From Tubulanus polymorphus (taxonomy: Eukaryota; Animalia; Nemertea): DNA of 64,000 bases. The position numbers were made by a program, and so were the translations under genes. Positions 54,780 to 64,000 of this stretch are shown here, piece by piece. The notes beneath the pieces are model-generated. The model saw only the letters and a list, made by a program, of their open reading frames with translations. It had not been told where the DNA came from and did not search any database. Every line of letters starts with the position of its first letter. Position 1 is the stretch's first letter. The DNA is taken from positions 8,582,850 through 8,646,849 of the forward strand of contig NC_134029.1 in the NCBI RefSeq assembly GCF_964204645.1, written 5' to 3'.

Positions 54780-56132
54780 TACAGTCAACCCCCAATTACC
54801 GCCCTCCCTTATACCGCCACCCCCGCTGATCGCCGCCGGGGGTTGACCGTATATGCGTAGCTATCGACAATGTTATCAAATCACTGATAATTGGAAGTCT
54901 AATGTTCTTGGCGTACAAGCGCTTACAGCGTGGTATATTTCAGCAGTTACGTCCTGTGATAGTGTGTGACTGTGCAGCCAAAGCTGTAAGTCAAATGCGA
55001 TCTATGACACACACAGATAAACATGTCCGCAACAGGCAAACGTGAGAAAATGAATATGCCGGTGTTGTTTGAACATTTGATAATAATACATATAAAATAC
55101 AGTGAATTTATGCCGAAACCGAAGATCGTAATGCTGAAAATGACGTAGTGATATATGAATGATCAGATTTACGTGAAACGGTTTGTAATCAGCATGAGGG
55201 ATTTTGTTACAGATTTCATAAGATTATCATTTATTACATTTTAATGGATTGATTCAAGGAAAAAAAAATTGTTCAGTAGTCCTTTAAATGATGTTTTGAC
55301 GAGCATCTTAGGTAGAATTGACGGGTCATTTTTATGTTCAGTTTTGACGGGTAAAATTGTAAGATTGAGGGTAAATTTGATATTTCATTTTGACAGTACA
55401 TTTATAGCTATGCCATTATATTTGGCTTAACCAAAATCCAGGACAAACAGACTGGCTCCCCATTATCAGTTCATCCAAACTTGGGGTAGCAAAATATGGG
55501 AAAAGAAAAAATTTTAAAACTATTCAGATTGATTGGGTAACACTTTAAACTGAAGATCACGTATCTTACTGTATGAGCTGCCAATTAATCACGACGAATA
55601 CGAACGGAACTCCGCAAAAACGATCAAGCTTATTGTTTAAAAAAAGAACGTTTTAATCTTGCATGAAACGAACGATTTTGCGAGAAATGTAACTAAGGCG
55701 ATCCAGGTATATTAGCAATCCATATCCACAACACTTAGAATCTTGAAAAAGTATATAGCGCACCAATTCTAGAAACGTCCAGATATCACGTTAAATTGCT
55801 AAACCGTGAAAAGAAGCCAACGTATAAAACTAGGCAAGTATACTTGGTTAACTATATTTTTAGATAAAAAGTGAAGTATCGATTTTTAAGCCTGTATTAT
55901 TTTGAAGATTTTCTGCATTATATTTTCATGTATGAATTTTTCAGACAATTTCTTAGTCAGGAGAATAAAGTTATAACTTGATAATAGGATAGGACTAAGG
56001 ACTACGATTCGGACAACCAATTTTTTGCTCCCGAGAAACAGAATCATGAATGCAGAAAACCCGTTATCGCTGCAGTGCAGCTATATTAGGGGTTGTTGCT
56101 CGATCATCTCTCCTTCCCCTGCAGCATGTTAT

Positions 56133-59100
56133 CTATCTTCTAATATTTTGCTTGCGTTTAGCTTTTGCTCGAACCGATTTCATATCGATAGTCATTATGG
56201 TGTAAAGAAGGGGATTGAGGGACGAGTTGATCGGTAAGAAAAGGACCGCCAGCCAAGCCGCCACTTGATTCGGTATTTCTACCCGTAATACCACGCAAAT
56301 CTGAACAGTTATTATCGGCAGCCAGCAAAATAGATTACACAGATTTATCACCAAACTCCTGCGTGCCAAAATCAATTCGGTAGGATCAGCTCTTCCCGAA
56401 CCAGACCTGCTTCCAGATACGAGTCTATACATTTGCGCATAGGTCGCCATTATCGTAGTCAGTATGACCGAGTTGAACACGGTAAAAATAGCGAATGAAT
56501 ATTGCCAGGCATCGACATCAATGGAAATCAAATTCACAGGCAAACAAACTCCCGTAGTACCGTAAAAATTGTTCCCGAAATAAGACGATAGTACAAGTGG
56601 CACTAATGAAAAAGATCCTATGATTATCCAATTGAGCGTGCAAATAATGGACACATATCTCGGAGATGTAATCGTGCTTCCAGAAAATGGATTAACGATA
56701 TTTGAGAATCTATGACGCGTAAGAATGCATAAAAAGGTCAACGAGCCTTCGCATGATAGAGTCACCGTAACTCCAGCGAAACTACACAATGAGCTGTGCG
56801 TCCAAGTTTCTGAATTTAGGAAATAAACTCCTTTGTGAACGTAATCTGCTCCCGCGATCAAAAACAGATAAATCGACATCAGAAAATCACAAATCGCGAC
56901 GTTGATAATAATGATGTCAGAGGATGTGTTTCGATTTTCGGAGGATGAAAGTCGAATTGATCGAAAACGAAATAAGATAACGATGTTATTCAAAATGAAC
57001 GTGAATGCAGAAATAACCCAGATGATAGCTCGGAGGACTGGGTTACCCATCAGATCGGAACAGGTGGAAAATTGATCAGCTTCTGGAAGGCAGAGATCAA
57101 CATTCGGAGCCATGCAGCAAAACTTGTAAGCATCAGACGTTAAGGAAACTAATGATGTCAGATTGTCGAAAACATTTCTGTCGACAGAAATTATTTTCGA
57201 ATTGTAGGTGATATCAAGGAGTTCAAGTTCATTCAACTCAGAAAAAGCGTACATTGAAATATACAAGATTTTGTTACCGCTGATATTCAATGACTGTAAT
57301 GAGAAGAGACCTTGGAAAACGTATTCAGCTAAAACGAACAGAGAAAGTCCGTGAAGATCGAGTCCTCGAAGCGAACTCAAACCTAAAAAACTGCCTTCTT
57401 CCAAATATCTCAGCGGATTTCCAGTTATGGATAACTCTTTCAAATTATACAAACCGGCGAATGTATTCGCGGATAATGATGTTATGTTATTGTATGAAAG
57501 GTCTAATGAGTGTAGGTTATGCAGATTTGAGAACGACTGGGGTAAGATATAAGACAATTCATTTGAGGAAATGTCGAGAACGTAGAGATAATAAAGTATA
57601 TGAAATGTCGACTGGTTGAAATGAATTTGATTGATAGACAAGATTAAAACACGAACTGATGCCGAGAAAAGGTGAGTAATATCTGCTAAACAAGTATTTC
57701 TGCAATCAATCAAATGACCTTGACATTTACAGCCCCTAGGACACGTGACGCTACAGAAGTCCTCATCATCAGTCGTATATTGACAATTTACGACACCATC
57801 GCAAACTTCAGATTGTGGAATACATCGATTTTCCTGGCCACATTTAAACATTCCCGGACATGAAAATATCTTGCAGTTTTGTTCATCTTCTGAATTGGGA
57901 CAATCTGATTGACCATCGCACACCTGTCTGATTGGTATGCAGTACGATGCTGGGCATTTTATAGTTCCAGCTGGACATTCAAATTCTTCACATCTCAATA
58001 CGTGCTCGAGATTTCTACAAACTGGGTAACCATTTGTCATTCTATCTAGAATACATCTGTGACGTCTCGAATAGCAATGAGGAGAATTGAAAGAACATCT
58101 TTGTTCATCAGATCCCGCACAGAGATTTGTGAAGTTAAGCGAACAGTGATTCTCATCATTACAATGTATCGTAGGATTCACTGTCACGTCAGTAGTTGTT
58201 ACTAATTCGTCTTCTTCAAGACTTCCACTACAATCCACGACACCATCCTGATAGAACTGAGAACCGATACAGTCTCCACTATTACACAGGAACCCCTGAC
58301 ACAGTAAAGCGGTGCATTTTGTTTCATCGGAACCATCTTTACAGTTAACTACACCATCACATCTGTTAGACCTATTAACACATTGACCACTGATACAGCG
58401 AAATTGCCCGGGCAAACATGGGGGATGGAAACACGAGTTTTCATCTGAACCATCCAGACAATTTTGAATGAAATCACACAAACCACTGATTGATATCACC
58501 TGACCTTCATAGCATTGAAAATGACTGTGTACATTTATATCTGTACAATTGAGTTCATCTTCGCCGTGTTGACAGTCGTCTCTCGTATCACATACGCGAT
58601 GGTCGCTGATACATCTTTGATCGTTACATTTAAACTGCCACGATTTACAACCGCTTATAGAAGCTAACTCTTCATCGGTGACATTATATGAACACAAAAC
58701 AGAATGCGCTGTATCTGTAGCATTATCAAACTCTTTCGTCATCCATTTAATTGATTGAATATGAGTAATATCATCTCTATTCATTACTGGGATTATAACA
58801 AGCAGTCTGTCATTAGAAGTCATCATAAGTATAGAGCTATACTGATGTTGAATATGAAATGTTCTTATCAAGTTCATTGTAACGTTTTCTGTGTGAGAGG
58901 TTATGACAGTGCCTATTTCACCACGGATACCATGACACATCTCTGTCGCGGATTTCATATCTAAACCTCGATGATTGTTCCAGTCTGTCAGTATTTGATA
59001 GCATTGTCGATTTATGCTTACCCAACCAATCGTACAGCTCGAGTCATTGAAAACATTATCGAGAAATGTATTTTCACGAAGCAAAAATGTGTTGTTGTTT

Positions 59101-62100
59101 GTTGAATTCGATGTTTCAACTGCTGTGTTTCCAATTGCATTCTTCCAATTCACTATGTCGATTATTTCTGTTTCACAAATGAAACTCGTGTGAACCTCTT
59201 CAATTCCGCAAGGGAATCGAACCCAGTTCGCTGATCCTCGGGGATTATTTAGTATCATCGCTGTACATGGCATATTGATGTCTTTTATCGGTTGTTTTCT
59301 TAAAGGAGATATCAATCCTTGAATAACCTCTGGTATCGTATCGTTATTTGTAGGTTTATACCACTCTGTGTAGCTCAATGGTTTCCCATCAGTCCACGTG
59401 TAATAACCAGATCTAGGCTAGAAATATAAAATAATAGCAAATTAACGTTGGGAACATTTAAAAAAAGAAAAACTGTTTACGAATTTACCTGCAGTTTTAA
59501 TCCAATCATTACAATGAGCGCTTTCTGCGAATATGCCGGTTTAAGAAGCTTTGTAGCGAATAATGTTTTAATAGAAACTATTTCCTGTTCTGAGTTGATA
59601 CTGAGTAGATGTCCCGCATGCTTTTGTCTACAGTACAATTCAGCATTCTCCCAATTCAGACGCTCATCTCTGATATTTTTCACGCAGGAAATTCCCGAAT
59701 CTAAAAATCCTTGTTGACAGTGAGCACCATGATTTGAATACTCCATCGCTAACGAATAGCGTAAAACGTATTGTATCTGAAATTTTGCTATTATGTCTTT
59801 GATTTCGAAATAAAACTGATTACTAATTAAACTATGAAATACAAGTCCTATCGTTGCCATATTCCCACATATTGCAATACGACGATGGGTTCGAATGTTC
59901 GCCCAGGATATCTCTTGAATGAAAAGTATCGGGCTTGTTTCCACAAAGATGTTTGCGGTGCAGCTTATCGATTCTATAGATTTGATGATAAATCTGTAAT
60001 ATCGAAATATGTTCCTTTGTTGGGCGTTTGTAAATCTATAGTATAAAGATACCGACGTATGTCCTGCCCATGATGGGTAGTTCGGCGATTCGACCAGTCC
60101 GCATTCGTCGTCCAACGAGTAAGCATTTCTATATATTGTCGACTGTAACGTGTCAACAGGCTTTTTCGGTCCTAAACATTTATGACGCAGTTTGATAGCG
60201 AGTCGTGTCCCCCGGAACGCACTCCAACTGCCCATGAATACCGTGCTTAAAACGATGCTTTCATTTAGAAGTTTACTTATCAATCTTAATCTTCGAGGAC
60301 AAAGTCGTAACAAATCACGAAAACAACTGTCAATTCGATATTCGTGTCCTGATAATATATGAATTTTTCTGAGAGGAAGGCGTCGGTTTTCGGGTGTAAT
60401 CACGAGACAGTGTGACGTCATAACGATCTGACGTTCTACCTGCTTTACAACATACCAGTCACAGTCAGTAGAGTGAAATTCGAGAGTTGGTTTCTCATCG
60501 ACTGTTGACGCCAGAACATCCCAGTCATAAGCGTATCCTACTATAGTAACATATCCACCGGATGTAATCAGACTGACGACGTTACGGTCGTATACCAGTA
60601 AACGAGGGCAATACGGACCGTAGCGTCTAGCCGTGAAATTACCACCATCAAATATATAAAATCCGGCCCGCTCACAGTTCTCTGATAAAACTGTCAGTTC
60701 CATATTCTCATCATGAATTTCAACTTTCCATTTGAACAGTAATGTGTTTATTTGGTACGTCAATACTTTCTTCTTTGATGACGGGAAAATCCAGCGAAAA
60801 GGCATGGGCCATGATATTCCATCTCGCATCTATGAAAATAATGTCTATGGATCAGTTTATATTTCTGGAATATGATTTGATTAGTCAGCTTCATTGGTAG
60901 TTTAGAATTTAATACTCACCCGATGATTAGTGACGTGTACATCTTCTATCGTTAGTGATTTCAATTCAAAGTTAATTTCTATTCGTGACATTGATTGTTC
61001 CCCATTCATTAAGACGCACATTACGGCGAGAAAGCCGTCAGATTTGACACTCAGTGATTCTAGGTTGTTGCAACCGAGTAAAATATCAGTCCCTACAAAA
61101 CGCAGCCCTTCTAGTTTATATACACCAATGACGTCACCGGACGTAACGAGATCACGTGTCCAGTTGAAGACGACGTACTGTAACACCTGCACTGCGATAG
61201 ACCAACAGTGTAAGTGGTTTGATCGAGTTATTACGTGTAAACTGTTTTCATCGGGAATGAGCACCCCCGACTCGTTATTAGAGATCTGAATCAACGAACT
61301 AGAGACGTTCCAATCTGATATTTTATAGATTTTTGCTAATAGTGTGAAGGGAATTAACGGATTCCAATGAAGCGAAGAGATGACTGCTTTATTTGTTTTA
61401 GTATAGAACGACGAAGGCGGATGTCCGGTTTGTTCTCGTATAATTGCTATAGGTTCACTATTGGTGTTCCACCCGTCGTAGATTTTAATGGTCACTGACT
61501 GAATTGCAGGATGTGGTTTTAATATTACCCGAATAAATGTGAGATTCATCGCATGACCGTGTGATATTCCGATCCATTCCACAAACAACTGGCACTTTCG
61601 TATTTTGATGTGGAATTTATACCCAGTTGATGATTGTAGTTTATTCAAACTACAACTTATTTCGTTGCAGTCGTGACTGATTCTGAATCGGCTTCGCTCA
61701 TAACGATATATCATATACACCCGACTACCTCGCGCACCATCGACGTAACTCCTAAATATCAACGAGATCGAATCGTTACGACCGATCTCATGTTTTCCAT
61801 CACCGCAGAGTCTGTTATCAGGCTCGTAAACGAGAAGGTAGTCACCATTACAGAATATTGACGGCTCGATGTCGTAGTAAACGTGGACATGAAGAGTTCC
61901 CGGTAAAGGGCTGTTGATGAACCAGCGACATTCAACACCACGCGTTAACAAGGGATAATTCGGTGAAACGATGTAACCGGACGTAGAATCGACGGGGTAC
62001 CACGTGTTGTTGCAAGGTGAACTTACCATCACAGACGATTCCTTGATAGAGTCTGTGCGATCGGCGCGTGCGATGCAAACTTGACAGACGATCAGCGACG

Positions 62101-62131
62101 CTATCAAAAGCGCTCCCAGTTGTTGCTCCAT
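56133..62131 (-). CDS. GRL101-like CUB/CTL/LDLa/LRR GPCR, copy 2
   Basis: Same three-exon structure as copy 1 with all ORFs open (413, 450 and 1081 aa tracks). Scattered substitutions and one extra codon. Confidence 0.9.
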
Positions 62132-62954
62132 AGCAAACAACACGATACAATGAATGAAATTCCTTCACGATTCAAATTCTGCCCGGTTGTCCACGGATCT
62201 TCAAGTCCAATCAATTAATGATGTAGAATTCTAAATTTCTTACTTACGAAATGAATTATTCACTCTATTTCGCAAGAATATTCAATTTCAGTCGTAAATA
62301 TTGACGCGCGCCCAATTATAATTTTGATATGCCTAAATTAATTTTCGTATCGTTCACGTTTTTTGTCTGGATGATAATCTTTTACACGATACTTTATCAT
62401 TTTCGCTGATGTACGGCGCATATATAGAACACGTCATTCCGTCTAGCACCACCAATTTCATAATGCCCGCAAATGCGGAATTTGATAGAAAAGTCCCTAG
62501 CCGTGAAGGAAAAGATCAGAGCTGTTGATTAGATCGAGGAAAGTAATAGGGGTAATGGGCTTTCTGATCAATGGTCGAAGGGTCGAGCTCGTAAAAAAAT
62601 GAAAATAACAATAATTTACAGTTGAATTAGTCGCGCACACTCCTAATTCAACTGGAAATGAACATAATTTACATGAATTTCATATATTTTAAAATCATTT
62701 ATACGTTAATTACAAAAGTGTGAGTAAAGTGTGAGTAATAATTCATATTTAACAGATTTCGAGTAAAAATATAAGTAAAATAAATGGATAACTAAAAGAG
62801 TATAAAAGTGTGAGTAAAGTGTGAGTGAAATAGTTTATATTTTAAACATATTTCAATATTCATATTTGTATGAGTTCGATTTTTAAACATTAAAAGTGTC
62901 AGTAAAGTGTGATTGAAATAATTCATATTTAAAACATTGAATATTTATATTTGA

Positions 62955-63608
62955 ATGAGTTTTAATAAAAATTTTGTTATAAAAATGAAGAAAGAAGAAG
63001 AAGAAGAACCCAACTTTAAAATCGAAATCAATGAAACCAATAAATCATTTTCGCAGTTTTACATTAAAAATTATATTTCAGCAACAAATTTAGTGTCCGC
63101 AAGACATTATAAAATCGATAACATAACTATGATTAATCAAATATTATCAAATGAAACATATTTAATTACTGAACTAGTAGATCCTTTTGATAATGGTGTT
63201 AAAAATCCTAAAGTATTCAATACAGTTTTAAATTTTAAAGGAACTTTAGATGAAAACATAATTAATATTCTTAAAACTCCTTTCAATGAAAGAAATAATG
63301 ATATAATACTTTCAAAAGATTCCAATGATTTGATTAACTTAAGAATTGAAAAAAGACAATTATATTATTTCAATTTTGATAATAAACAAATTATCTATAA
63401 TGAGAATTCATCAAATATTGGAATTCAATGTGAATTAGATAATGAAAAATCATTTAAAGATATTGCAGTTCAATGTAAATTAGATGATGAATTTAGAAAA
63501 TTCAATCCTAATGAAAAAGTGCATTGTTATTGCGGAGGTAAATATCTAAAATCACATAAATCAAAGCATTATGAAACAATTAAACATAAAAACTGGCGTA
63601 AAGAGTAA
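62955..63608 (+). CDS. Polinton terminal ORF with C-terminal zinc finger
   Basis: Shares KQIIYNENSSNIGIQC...NEKSxKDxAVQCxLD...PNEKVxCxC with 54212-54694. The true start may be the second Met. Confidence 0.65.
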   Translation: MSFNKNFVIKMKKEEEEEPNFKIEINETNKSFSQFYIKNYISATNLVSARHYKIDNITMINQILSNETYLITELVDPFDNGVKNPKVFNTVLNFKGTLDENIINILKTPFNERNNDIILSKDSNDLINLRIEKRQLYYFNFDNKQIIYNENSSNIGIQCELDNEKSFKDIAVQCKLDDEFRKFNPNEKVHCYCGGKYLKSHKSKHYETIKHKNWRKE

Positions 63609-63660
63609 CAATTCTACATTATAATTATTGAATTGAGTTAAATGATTTAAATATCTAATA

Positions 63661-64000
63661 GACTGTTAAAATGATAAATTGTTTTAAAGTTAAAATGATA
63701 AATTGTTTGACAGTTGAAATGATAAATTGTTTGACAGTTGAAATGATAAATTGTTTGACAGTTGAAATGATAAATTGTTTGACAGTTGAAATGATAAATT
63801 GTTTGACAGTTGAAATGATAAATTGTTTGACAGTTGAAATGATAAATTGTTTGACTGTTGAAATGATAAATTGTTTGACAGTTGAAATGATAAATTGTTT
63901 GACTGTTGAAATGATAAATTGTTTGACAGTTGAAATGATAAATTGTTTGACAGTTGAAATGATAAATTGTTTGACAGTTGAAATGTTAAATTGTTTGACA
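63661..64000. repeat. 24-bp tandem repeat (GTTGAAATGATAAATTGTTTGACA)n, about 14 copies to the window end
   Basis: Directly visible head-to-tail units with no spacers. Confidence 0.95.

Larger units (their letters stand above)
26831..62541. repeat. ~10 kb tandem segmental duplication: 26831-35350 matches 36723-62541 after removing the Polinton
   Basis: Near-identical coding and non-coding sequence. ORFs of 1081, 449/450 and 413 aa are repeated at an offset of about 27.2 kb. Confidence 0.95.
62542..64000 (+). mobile_element. End of a second Polinton-related element (truncated by the window)
   Basis: Paralogy with 35341-35350 breaks exactly after ATCGAGGAA. The new sequence starts AGTAATAGG-N7-GGCTTTC like the first element's TIR, is AT-rich, and has an ORF homologous to 54212-54694. 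Confidence 0.8.

Noticed and set aside
63661-64000. 24-bp repeat array as a CRISPR array
   Set aside because: Units are head-to-tail with no unique spacers, and there are no cas genes. It is a minisatellite.

Overview
Invertebrate animal (probably lophotrochozoan) genomic DNA. The left part holds the 3' exons of a multi-repeat beta-thymosin gene and a complete 19-exon O-GlcNAc transferase (OGT) gene. OGT introns carry about 14 candidate box C/D snoRNAs in four families, and intron 4 carries a candidate poison exon. The right part is a ~10 kb tandem duplication of a ~1,940-aa CUB/C-type lectin/LDLa/LRR GPCR gene (GRL101-like). Between the two gene copies sits a complete 17,172-bp Polinton/Maverick (adintovirus-like) element at 37608-54779, with 413-bp TIRs, a 6-bp TSD (TACAGT) and the empty site visible in the paralogous copy. 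Three features of the element stand out: (1) its protein-primed PolB carries a full-length LAGLIDADG intein in the catalytic YxD|TD motif, (2) essentially every gene starts at a poxvirus-late-like T-run/TAAATG signal, and (3) it encodes a VLTF3-like factor. Together these suggest, as an inference only, a virophage-like relationship with a large cytoplasmic DNA virus. A second, related element begins at 62542 and runs off the window. All family assignments come from motif recognition by eye; no searches were run.
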